64,000 nucleotides of DNA from an uncultured delta proteobacterium (GTDB taxonomy: Bacteria > Desulfobacterota > Desulfuromonadia > Desulfuromonadales > JACZKF01): assembly GCA_963816395.1 (NCBI GenBank), contig CAWFKQ010000016.1, forward strand, positions 672,001-736,000. The letters run 5' to 3'. How positions within the stretch are numbered: position 1 is the first letter of the stretch; each line of letters opens with the position of its first letter. A program made the position numbers and the translations under genes. Shown here in pieces: positions 1-9,286 of the stretch. The notes below the pieces were generated by a model. That model saw only the letters and a program-made list of their open reading frames with translations, had not been told where the DNA came from and made no database searches.

Positions 1-105
1 CTGCTGCACCTGCTCGACATCAGGACCGCCGATGCGGCCCTGGCAACGATCCGGAACGACTTCGAAGAGGACATCCGCGCCTTGTTTCCGCAGGAGAAGT
101 CATGA
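1..105 (+). CDS. mrpE: Na+/H+ antiporter subunit E, 3' end (partial)
   Basis: Frame 1 reads LLHLLDIRTADAALATIRNDFEEDIRALFPQEKS*, like a MrpE C-terminus; stop overlaps the mrpF ATG (ATGA). Confidence 0.7.
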   Translation: MLHLLDIRTADAALATIRNDFEEDIRALFPQEKS

Positions 106-374
106 TCACCCTCCTCGTCGTGCTGGTCCTTGGCTGTGTCCTTCTCGGCGCCCTGCGCTTCGTGCGCGGCCCCGCCGATGCCGACCGGATCATTGCCCTC
201 GACATCCTGTTTTCCGCCGCGGTCGCGTTGTGTGCACTGGCCGCCCTTACCACCAGACGCGTGCTGTTTCTCGATATCGCCATCGGCGTGGTGCTGATCG
301 GATTTGTCGCCACCCTGGCCTGGGCGCGCCTGGTGGAGAAGGGCCGCCCTGCGCACGGGGAGCCGAAGCCATGA
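102..374 (+). CDS. mrpF: Na+/H+ antiporter subunit F
   Basis: 90 aa, 3 TM segments, RFVRGP..ADRIIALD motif. Confidence 0.9.
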   Translation: MITLLVVLVLGCVLLGALRFVRGPADADRIIALDILFSAAVALCALAALTTRRVLFLDIAIGVVLIGFVATLAWARLVEKGRPAHGEPKP

Positions 375-670
375 CCGCAGCCGGCATCCTTCTTCTGAGC
401 CTCGGGGTTCTCATCCTGCTGCTGGCAAGCGCCGGGCTGTTCGTCCTCCGGGACGCGCTGTCGCGCCAGCATGCGGCCACCAAGGCCGGTTCCCTCGGAA
501 TCGTCTTCATCATGGCCGGCACCGCCCTTCTCGGCGGCGACTGGTCATGGGGCTGGCGCGCCCTGCTCATCGTCCTGCTCGTCTGGCTGACCATGCCGGT
601 CGCTTCGCACGTACTCGCCCGTGCCGCCCTCCGCGAAGGGAGCGACGCCGCCGAAAGCGAAGCCTCTTGA
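371..670 (+). CDS. mrpG: Na+/H+ antiporter subunit G
   Basis: ATG at 371 (MTAAGILL); D..SRQHAATKAGSLG and LTMPVASHVLARAA motifs. Confidence 0.9.
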   Translation: MTAAGILLLSLGVLILLLASAGLFVLRDALSRQHAATKAGSLGIVFIMAGTALLGGDWSWGWRALLIVLLVWLTMPVASHVLARAALREGSDAAESEAS

Positions 671-683
671 ATCGGGGCCTGCT

Positions 684-735
684 AAGGGGTCAAAGCTCCA
701 AATTTCAAATTTGATATTTGGAGCTTTGACCCCTT
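684..735. repeat. 52-bp near-perfect palindrome (REP-like, GGGGTCA...TGACCCC ends)
   Basis: aaggggtcaaagctccaaat-t-tcaaatttga-t-atttggagctttgacccctt: perfect 20-bp arms, one T/T mismatch, palindromic core; between convergent genes. Confidence 0.85.
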
Positions 736-781
736 GTTTCTCTACTTGTTTCTCTTCCAGGGTCGGCGCCGGCCCTGAACT

Positions 782-2344
782 TCAAGCAACCGCTTCTTTG
801 GACTGATTCGCTCGTGGCTCGTTGGCGGTTGACTGGCTGGCCAGGTAGGCCATGTGGTCGTGCATCAGCGCGCCGTGCGGCAGTGCCTCCCAGAAGGGCC
901 CCAGATCCCGGCGGATCTTGTCGGTGAAAAAGTCGGGAAGCGTCTTCGTTTCGCCTTCAAAAAAGGCCCGCAACTGGCCGCCCGCCCGCAACTGGCCGTG
1001 AAGCTTGTTGTAATATTCGACCTTCTTGTTGGTTGCCGCGCGCAAGGCGCTGTACCAGCGCGTGTGAAAGCCGGTGGTGGCCCGCAAGCGCCGGGCGATG
1101 CGCGTCATCGAATGGGTATCGCCGAAGAGGTCGGCGACATGTCCGAAAAAGTCTGGCCAGCCGTAGTGCTTTGGTCGGACATTCATGCCGCGTGTGCTGT
1201 TCAAAAAATGGAAGGGAACCGGGATGACCCGACCATCGGACTGGAATTCGAGATTGAGCGGTGCCGCCCGGCCATAGGCGGTCAACAGCGAGTAGACGGG
1301 AAAGGCGCCCGGTGCGAGGTCGAGGAATCGCTTGGTGAGCTCGAACGGCTCGGCACCCTCGTCACAATCGAGACCGAGCATCAAGTTGGTCTGCACGAAG
1401 GGAATATAGCGTAGGATCATGTTGACCTGCTCGGCGACCTGCCGGACTTTGTCCATCCCCATATTGTTTCCCGATTTTGACTTGTTACCGAGCGAATACC
1501 AGGATTCGATGCCGGGCAATACGGCGACGAAGCTGTTTTTCTTGAGCCGTTTGAGATGAGATTCGGGTAATAGCGACAGGCTGCTCTCGGCAATGAAATC
1601 CATGCGGCCAGGCGGCACCGCTTCCTCGATGGCGGAGAGATAGTCGTCGAAGCAGATGCCGAAATTGGGGTCGTGCCAGGCAATGCGCGGTCGCTTCACC
1701 TGCTTTAGCAAAAAGCGCAGATCCTCGCGCATCTGGTCGAAGCCGAGGGTCTGATAGTCGATAACGGAATCGATGCAGAAGCTGCACGTGTAGGGACACC
1801 CCGTGCTGCCGATCATCGGAATGATCTTGAAAGCAGGCGCCTTCCTGATCGTCGCTTCGATGAATTTCCAGCGCTCGCGCACACCGGGCAGCATGGTAGG
1901 CTGCTTCCTCGATGCCATCAGACGCCCGAAGGGCCGGTGCGGGGCGCCGTCGGCCAGGACGTCTTCAACGATGCCCTTGTCGGTCAGGCCCAGCACATAA
2001 TCGAAATAGAGGGCCGCATCCTCCGGATAGCAGCGCGCATGCGGCCCGCCGAGCACCGTCACCGCGCCGTGGCGGCGGAAGATCGCGCTGATGGCATAGG
2101 CAAGTTGCGCCGAGAGCGTGAAGGCGCCGATGAAGGCGATGTCGGTATCGTCGAGCAGGTCCCGGTTGAACTCCTCGATCCCGGTATAGCAGATGAACCG
2201 CACCTCATGCCCGAGCTCTTCGCACCAGACCGCGATCGCCTGCGGCATGATGCTGGCCTTGTTCGCGTTCATGACCCTGGAATAGAGTTTACTGGTGGGT
2301 TTGTTGCTGACGATATCGATGATGGTGATCTTTAAATGTTTCAC
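782..2344 (-). CDS. B12-binding-domain radical SAM protein
   Basis: N-terminal cobalamin-binding-like region (VLGGPHA) and CPYTCSFC CxxxCxxC motif. Confidence 0.85.
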   Translation of the reverse strand: MKHLKITIIDIVSNKPTSKLYSRVMNANKASIMPQAIAVWCEELGHEVRFICYTGIEEFNRDLLDDTDIAFIGAFTLSAQLAYAISAIFRRHGAVTVLGGPHARCYPEDAALYFDYVLGLTDKGIVEDVLADGAPHRPFGRLMASRKQPTMLPGVRERWKFIEATIRKAPAFKIIPMIGSTGCPYTCSFCIDSVIDYQTLGFDQMREDLRFLLKQVKRPRIAWHDPNFGICFDDYLSAIEEAVPPGRMDFIAESSLSLLPESHLKRLKKNSFVAVLPGIESWYSLGNKSKSGNNMGMDKVRQVAEQVNMILRYIPFVQTNLMLGLDCDEGAEPFELTKRFLDLAPGAFPVYSLLTAYGRAAPLNLEFQSDGRVIPVPFHFLNSTRGMNVRPKHYGWPDFFGHVADLFGDTHSMTRIARRLRATTGFHTRWYSALRAATNKKVEYYNKLHGQLRAGGQLRAFFEGETKTLPDFFTDKIRRDLGPFWEALPHGALMHDHMAYLASQSTANEPRANQSKEAVA

Positions 2345-2408
2345 TAAGAGTCCTCATCTTGTTTGCATAGAATTGATCTCCGCGTGAGCCGATTCTAGAC
2401 TGCCACGT

Positions 2409-2615
2409 CTAAGGCAGGTTTAGGGGGTGGGGGGAACGTTTTCTCCCCGAAGCGACCGACGACTCCTCCTTGTTCAGGACCACAATGAGATCGATCTCGC
2501 TCTCGTCGCCGGCCGTGCCCAGGGCATGAGAGCCGAACAGGATGATTCTGGACGGATTCAGGGAAATCAGCCGAGTTTTAATCTCATCAATAAGCTGAAG
2601 CTGCTTCGGCCCCAT
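2409..2615 (-). pseudogene. Truncated minimal nucleotidyltransferase (MNT)
   Basis: [24 protein letters not shown] resembles GSX10DXD but with E for the first D; ORF ends shortly after; no HEPN partner. Confidence 0.6.
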
Positions 2616-2723
2616 GTTCGTCTCCTGTGCGGTGGGAAATCTCATGCCAGAATCATCCCAATCCGCTCTCTTGTCAAGAAAACCCATTGGAACCTCATGG
2701 CTTTTAGACGCAAGCCATAAAAT

Positions 2724-2755
2724 AAAGGGGCAAACCCACCAAGGTTCGGCCCTTT
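2724..2755 (+). terminator. Imperfect stem-loop, target hairpin of the IIC intron
   Basis: aaaggg-gcaaacc-cacc-aa-ggttcgg-cccttt ends 5 nt before the intron GTGCG. Confidence 0.6.
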
Positions 2756-2760
2756 CACAT

Positions 2761-4694
2761 GTGCGCCAGGCATGGCGCGTAGCGCCTTGACTGGCGCTGT
2801 TTTGGCCGTTGTGGTGGCGGCCGGATGACTTGGGGGTGCAAGTCCCCTGTGGACCCTGATGGCGGGAACCACTAGCCGGACGGCAAGGGTGTCCACCGCG
2901 AGGTGGAATCTGAAGGAAGCCGCAGGCAAACTCCCGGCCCGACGAACAGAAACCGCATATGAGGCAGTCTCATCCGGGCGAGAAGGCATGTATCTTCAAA
3001 GCCCTATAGCCATCCGGGAGGATGGGGCTGTAGATGCGGCGGGTATATGGGAGGAAGGTCACGCGCATTACCCTGGGAGGTCTGTCGGCCTGCCTCGTGC
3101 TACTGGCGTCGAGAGGCGTTGGGATGGGTCGGCAGAAGTCAGCAGAGGCCATACGAGTCGGTTTAACCATCCGGCAAAGGGCCGAACATGAAGGAAGCGG
3201 CCAGGAGCCTCGAATTTCGATGACGACAGGAGCAGCAGAAGGCCGGGTTGAGAGGCCCGGCGCCACGCCGGAGGGTAGCGGTCAGAAACCGCGAGGGCAC
3301 GGCAGTGGTGCGGCAAACGTCACGGGAAGGAGAGCCACTTGCTGGCCGGAAGCGGCAACGGGACTGATGGAGAAGGTCGTCAGTCGCGGCAACATGATGG
3401 CGGCCTACTCGCGGGTCATGCGCAACAAGGGAGCGCCCGGCACAGATGGCATGCCGGTAACGGCCCTGAAGGGTTACCTGCAGAACGAGTGGCCGCGCAT
3501 CAGGGAAGAACTGCTGGCGGGGAGATATCACCCGCAACCGGTGCGGAAAGTAGAAATCCCCAAACCGGGAGGCGGAGCACGGATGCTGGGAATCCCCAGC
3601 GTCCTTGACCGGCTCATCCAGCAGGCGGTGCACCAGGTTTTAAACCCGCTGTTCGATCCCGGATTTTCGGAAAGCTCCTACGGGTTTCGCCCCGGCAGAA
3701 GCGCCCATCAAGCCATCAAGGCAGCTCGCAAGCATGTAGAAAGCGGCCTGAGATGGGTGGTCGATATCGACCTGGAGAAATTCTTCGACCGCGTCCACCA
3801 CGACACCCTCATGTCGCTGGTGAAACGCAAGGTCGCAGACCGCCTGGTGCTGTCTCTGATCGACAGCTACCTCAAGGCTGGGATACTCGAAGGAGGATTG
3901 ATCACGGCACGGGTGGAAGGTACGCCGCAAGGTGGACCGCTCTCCCCGCTGCTGTCCAACATCCTGCTTGACGAACTGGACAAGGAACTGGAGGGAAGGG
4001 GTCACACGTTCTGCCGTTACGCCGACGATTGCAACATCTACGTTGCCACGCGCACGAGCGGCGAGCGGGTCATGGCCTCCCTCACCAGTTACCTGTCCGA
4101 GCGGCTCAAACTCACGGTCAACCAAGTCAAAAGCGCGGTCGATCGTCCGTGGAAAAGAGCGTTTCTGAGCTACAGCATGACCTGGCACCGCCAACCACGG
4201 CTGACCGTGGCCAAGAAAGCGGTTGCCAGGCACAAGGCCACTCTCAAGACGATCTTTCGACGGGGCAGGGGGAAGCGCCTCCAAACCACCATCGAAGAGA
4301 CCACCCTGAAACTGCGGGGCTGGCTGAACTACTTCCGGTATGCGGAAGTAAAAGGCATCTTCGATGAACTGGATGGCTGGCTGAGGCGGAAACTGCGGCG
4401 GATTCTTTGGAAGCAGTGGAAGCGTCCCTATACGCGAGCCAGGAACCTGATGCGGCGGGGGTTATCGGAGGCGACTGCATGGAAATCGGCCACAAACGGC
4501 CGCGGCCCCTGGTGGAACGCAGGGGCCGCGCATATGCACAAAGCCTTTCCGAAGTCCTACTTCGATAAACTGGGACTGGTGTCTCTCATGGACCAGTACC
4601 ACCGACTTCAACACACTTCATGAACCGCCGTGTACGGAACCGTACGCACGGTGGTGTGGGAGGACGGCGGGGGTGACCCCGCCTCCTACCCGAT
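2761..4694 (+). mobile_element. Group II intron, class C (IIC), with RT/maturase
   Basis: 5' GTGCG at 2761; short domain V with CGC triad (gaaccgccgtgtacggaaccgtacgcacggtggtgt); domain VI ending ctacccgAT at 4694; inserted just after a stem-loop. Confidence 0.93.
3220..4623 (+). CDS. ltrA: Group II intron reverse transcriptase/maturase, no endonuclease domain
   Basis: NKGAPGTDG, RMLGIP, GFRPGRS, GTPQGGPLSP, RYADD, maturase X (LRGWLNYF); start uncertain (3034-3367). Confidence 0.95.
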   Translation: MTTGAAEGRVERPGATPEGSGQKPRGHGSGAANVTGRRATCWPEAATGLMEKVVSRGNMMAAYSRVMRNKGAPGTDGMPVTALKGYLQNEWPRIREELLAGRYHPQPVRKVEIPKPGGGARMLGIPSVLDRLIQQAVHQVLNPLFDPGFSESSYGFRPGRSAHQAIKAARKHVESGLRWVVDIDLEKFFDRVHHDTLMSLVKRKVADRLVLSLIDSYLKAGILEGGLITARVEGTPQGGPLSPLLSNILLDELDKELEGRGHTFCRYADDCNIYVATRTSGERVMASLTSYLSERLKLTVNQVKSAVDRPWKRAFLSYSMTWHRQPRLTVAKKAVARHKATLKTIFRRGRGKRLQTTIEETTLKLRGWLNYFRYAEVKGIFDELDGWLRRKLRRILWKQWKRPYTRARNLMRRGLSEATAWKSATNGRGPWWNAGAAHMHKAFPKSYFDKLGLVSLMDQYHRLQHTS

Positions 4695-4963
4695 CTGATA
4701 TTCTCACGCCTGTTCAGGCGACACTTCCCCTCGCCAGCTCCAACAAAATCCGATATTCCTCCCCAAACCGGCAAACCGCCTGATCGGAAGCAATACAGGC
4801 AATCAGGTCGGCAATAGCCGGAAACAGCCTTGCTAGCGATCCCCTCGCCGATATATGGTAGCTATCGAAATATTTCCAAGCCGACCGAAAGGCCTTCCAT
4901 GGTGGTCTCGAACAAAAATCCGCGAAAACTTACGCCTATTCGGGACAGGCGGGAGGAGGTGCG

Positions 4964-6735
4964 GTGAAATCGCTCCTCCGCCTCTATGCCTATCTGCGGC
5001 CGTACCGCGGCCGGGCCGCCGTCGCCCTGCTCCTGCTCTTTGGCATGGTCGGGGCGGACCTGCTCATCCCGCGCCTGACGCAGCGGATCATCGATCAGGG
5101 GATCGGGGCGCACGACCTCCAGGTAGTCATCCATACGGCCTTCATCATGGTGGGCGCTTCGCTCCTGTCCGCGGTCTTTGCCACCGCCAACAATTACCTC
5201 TCGGTGAGCGCCGCCATGGGGTTCGGCGCCGATATCCGCAGCGCCCTCATCCGCAAGGTGCAGTCCTTTTCCTTTGAAAATCTCGACCGGCTGCAGACCG
5301 GCAAACTCATCGTCCGCTCGACCAGCGACGTCAATGCGGTGCAGATGATCGTGATGCTGTCGCTGCGCATCCTCACCCGGGCGCCGATCTGGACGCTCGG
5401 CGCCAGCGTCCTGCTCATTCTCACCAGCCCCCGGCTCGCCCTGATCATGGCGGGGTTCGTGCCGCTGATCGTCGTGCTCGTCTGGCTCTTTGCCCGCCGG
5501 ACCCAGCCGCTGTTCCTGCGGGTCCAGCAGGGGCTCGACCGGCTCAACGTCGTTCTCCAGGAAAACCTCGCCGGGATGCGGGTGGTCAAGGCCTTCGTCC
5601 GCACCGGGCACGAAGCGGAGCGCTTCGATGAAGCCAACCAGGAGCTGATGCGCCGGACGATCGGGGTCGCGAGCCTGATGGCGGTCTTCGCCCCATGCAT
5701 GCTCCTGGTCCTCAATCTGGCGATCGTCGCGGCGGTGTGGCTCGGCGGCCATATCGCCTTCGCCGGCGGGACTGTCGGTCGGCGAAGTGGTGGCGTCCAT
5801 CAACTATCTCTCCTTTGCCCTCTTTCCGATCCTCATGCTCACCGGCATGATCGGGCCCATCGCCGCGGCGGATGCCTCGGCGCGCCGGATCCTGGAGGTG
5901 CTCGACGCCGAACCGGCCGCCCGCCCGGCGGCAAATGCCGTGCGCCTCACCCAGCCCCGCGGCCGGATCGCCTTCGAGGGGGTCGGCTTCAGCTATGCCG
6001 GCACCGGTGCCGAGCCGGCGCTGGCGGATGTTTCCTTTGTCGCCGAACCCGGGGAAACGGTGGCCATCGTCGGGGCCACCGGCTCCGGCAAGTCGACGCT
6101 GATTCATCTCATCCCCCGTTTTTACGACGTGACAGCCGGCCGGCTCACCTTCGACGGCATCGATGTGCGGGAACTGGATCCGCACTCCCTGCGCGGTGCG
6201 ATCGGTATCGCTCTGCAGGAGTCGGTCCTGTTCAGCGGCAGCGTGCGCGACAACATCCGCTACGGCCGGCCGGCCGCCGGCGAAGAAGAAGTGAGGGCCG
6301 CGGCGCGGGCGGCCCAGGCCGACGAGTTCATCAGCGCCCTGCCCGCAGGCTACGACACGCTGATCGGTCAGCGCGGGGTGACGCTCTCCGGCGGGCAGCG
6401 CCAGCGGATCGCGATCGCCCGGGCGCTGCTGGTCAAACCCAAGGTCCTGATCCTGGACGATTCGACGAGCGCCCTCGATATCGAAACGGAAGTCCGGCTG
6501 CAGGAGGCCCTCGATCAGCTGATCGCCGCCTCAGACCACGCCACGACCCGCTTCATCGTCGCCCAGCGGATCGGCACGGTCCTCCTCGCCGACAAGATCG
6601 TCGTTCTCGATCAGGGGCGGATCAGCGCCATCGGCAGCCACCGCCGGCTGCTCGATCACCAGCGCGGTTTACCGGGATATCTATCGTTCCCAGCTGGGGG
6701 AACCGGCGGCGGGGAAAGCAGGTCGGCATGGCTGA
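4964..6735 (+). CDS. Heterodimeric ABC exporter subunit 1 (TMD+NBD, degenerate site); frameshifts near 5780 and 6655
   Basis: TM helices in ORF 4964, NBD in ORF 5787 (GATGSGKST, LSGGQ, ILDDS, AQR); reconstructed stop TGA at 6733-6735. Confidence 0.85.
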
Positions 6736-8564
6736 CGGGAAAGCGCCCAAGGCCTCGCCGGTCCCCCTGCACGGCCTGCCGGGGCCGGGAGGGAGGGGCG
6801 GCCCCGGCCACGCCGCGGAACGGGCCAAGGATGTTCGGGGCGCGCTGCGCCGCCTGCTGGCCTATCTGCGCCCCCATCGGCGCACCCTTGTCCTGGTGGC
6901 CCTGATCGCCGCCCTCGGAACCGTGCTGGCGGTGGCCGCCCCCTACCTGATGGGGCGGGCCATCGATCAGCTGGTCGGCGGCAAGCCGGCCGCTCTCCTC
7001 CGCCTGATCCTGCTCATGCTGGGCGCCTACGTGCTCTCCGCGGCGGCGCAGCTGATCCAGGGCGTTCTGGTCGCCGATATCGCCCAGCAGGCGATGCGGG
7101 CTCTGCGGGCCGAGCTCTTCGCTCATCTCCAGAAGCTGTCCCTGCGGTTCTTCGATTCCCGGCGGCAGGGGGACCTGATGAGCCGGCTGACCAACGATAT
7201 GGATGCGGTCAGCCAGGTCCTGACCTACAACGCGGCGCAGCTGTTTACCGGTATCCTGACCCTGGCCGGCATCCTGGCGATCATCTTCGTCCTCAGCCCC
7301 TGGCTGGCCCTCGGCTCGATGATCGCCTTTCCCCTGATGATCGGTCTCGTCGGCCTGGCCGGGCGCAAGACCCGGTCGGCTTTCCGCAGCTATCAGAGCC
7401 GGCTGGGGGCGCTGAACGCCGTGCTCGAAGAGACCTACAGCGGTCAGCGGGTGGTGCTCGCCTACGGCCAGGAAGAGAGCGTACTGGCGCATTTCGACCA
7501 GGCGAACGAGGCGGTGCGGACGGCCGGCGTGCGGGCCATGAGCCTGGCCATGCTGGTGATGCCGATGATGGGGATCCTGTCGAACCTGAACGTGGCCATT
7601 CTCTGCGGCCTGGGCGGCTGGCTGGCGATCCGCGGGGTAGTGACCATCGGTACGATCGCCGCCTTCATCACCTACTCGCGCCGCTTTGCCGAGCCGCTGC
7701 GCCAGCTGGGCAACCTGTACAACCAGGTCCAGGGCGCGCTGGCCGGGGCCGAACGGATCTTCGAGCTGCTGGATACCGCTCCGGACCAGGTCGATCCCCC
7801 GGACGCCCTTCCCCTCCCCAGGGTGGCGGGGGAGGTGCGCCTCGAACACGTCACCTTTTCCTACCTGCCCGGCTATCCGGTGTTGAAGGACGTCTCTCTC
7901 CATGCCCGGATCGGCGAGCGGATCGCCCTCGTCGGGCCGACCGGAGCGGGAAAAACGACGCTGGTCAACCTGCTGTCGCGCTTCTACGATCCGGAGGCGG
8001 GGACGATCCGGATCGACGGCATCGATATCCGTACGGTGACGCGGGACAGCCTGCGGCGCCAGCTCGGAGTGGTCCTCCAGCAATCGTTCCTGTTCAGCGA
8101 GTCGGTGCTGGAGAACATCCGCTACGGCCGGCTGACCGCCACCGACGAAGAGGTCTTCGCCGCCGCCCGGCTCGCCCATGCCGACGGCTTCATCCGCCGG
8201 TTGCCGCAGGGCTACGATACGCCCCTTGCGGAGCGGGGCGGCAACCTTTCCGAAGGGCAGCGCCAGCTCGTCACCATCGCCCGCGCCATCCTGGCCGATC
8301 CGGCCATTCTCATCCTCGACGAGGCAACCAGTTCCGTCGACACCCGCACCGAACTGCAGATTCAAAAAGCCCTCGACCACCTGATGCAGGGGCGCACCAG
8401 CTTCGTCATCGCCCACCGGCTCTCCACCATCGCCAATGCCGATCAGCTGATCGTCATCGAGGACGGGCGGGTGATCGAACAGGGAACCCACCAGGAGCTC
8501 CTCGCCCACGGAGGGCGCCTACCACCGGCTGTACGCGAGCCAGTTCCGGGATCAGTCCTGCTGA
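6728..8564 (+). CDS. Heterodimeric ABC exporter subunit 2; frameshift near 8515
   Basis: ATG 6728; GPTGAGKT, LSEGQ, ILDEATS, IAHRLS; alternative frame ends YHRLYASQFRDQSC*. Confidence 0.88.
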
Positions 8565-8693
8565 AGTTGCCGGGACCTCTCCCGGCCGGTTTCGGTCCGG
8601 CTGCCGTTTCCGCAGGTCCCGCGCACGGCAAGCACGGGAGCGGTGACGCCCGGACTCCGAGACCCGCAATTCAGGCGGTTCCATCTGACGACG

Positions 8694-8724
8694 AAAGGGA
8701 CGGCTCCCGTGAGCCGTCCCTTTT
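8694..8724. terminator. Rho-independent terminator, likely bidirectional
   Basis: aaagggacggctc-ccgt-gagccgtccctttt between convergent genes. Confidence 0.8.
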
Positions 8725-8803
8725 GTATGCGTGCGTCTGTCACTGTAATTAGTTGCTGGGGGTCTACCACCGTCGGCAGGTGGCGGACCCCGCCTTTCTG
8801 TCG

Positions 8804-9109
8804 TCAGCCCTCCAGCCGGAACCCGTCGCCGGCATACTGAATGTTGGCGGCATCGGTGGCGCGCGGCGGCGAGACCGCATGGACGCCGCCGCAGGCGGGG
8901 CAACTGCCGACATGGGTGGTCAAGACAAAGGGCGCGCCGCATCCCTGACAAAGGGTGGCCAGGCCGCCATTGGGGATCTCGCGCCGCCGCAGGGCGCCGC
9001 CGTGGGCCTGCGCCACGAACTCCACCAGTTCCCGTCCCTCGGCGAAAGGGCCACCCAGCCCGTGCCCATGGCCATGGCCATGACCGCTACCACATCCACA
9101 TCCTGACAT
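8804..9109 (-). CDS. Small His/Cys-rich putative metal-binding zinc-ribbon protein
   Basis: SD AAGGAG; N-terminal CGC + GHGHGHGH; CQGC and CPAC pairs. Confidence 0.75.
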   Translation of the reverse strand: MSGCGCGSGHGHGHGHGLGGPFAEGRELVEFVAQAHGGALRRREIPNGGLATLCQGCGAPFVLTTHVGSCPACGGVHAVSPPRATDAANIQYAGDGFRLEG

Positions 9110-9150
9110 ATTGATTCTCCTTTGAGTTGAGTTTGTGGAATCTGGCTGGC

Positions 9151-9192
9151 AGTCTACCCGTTCTTATCGCCTGCTTCCCTGACCTGGGTCAA
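9151..9192 (-). promoter_or_regulatory. Class II CRP/FNR-family (HcpR-like) promoter
   Basis: Minus strand TTGAC-ccag-GTCAG (9179-9192) and -10 TAGACT (9151-9156); site centre at -41.5. Confidence 0.6.
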
Positions 9193-9286
9193 AAAATGGA
9201 CGTGGAAACGAGGGCCTGCAACTGGCGGGGAAATTACTCCAGAAACGGAAGAGCGCGCGATTCTCCGACTGGACCTCGACGAGAAA

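Noticed and set aside
2695..2760. c-di-GMP riboswitch (ggggcaaaccc)
   Set aside because: No GAAA loop or GGGACGCAAAGC following; explained as the intron target hairpin
3034..4623. RT as retron, DGR, Abi or CRISPR-associated RT
   Set aside because: Group II intron boundaries, domains V/VI and maturase domain are all present
4964..8752. 1262-aa giant ABC fusion
   Set aside because: The middle third is out-of-frame text; two genes joined by frameshifts
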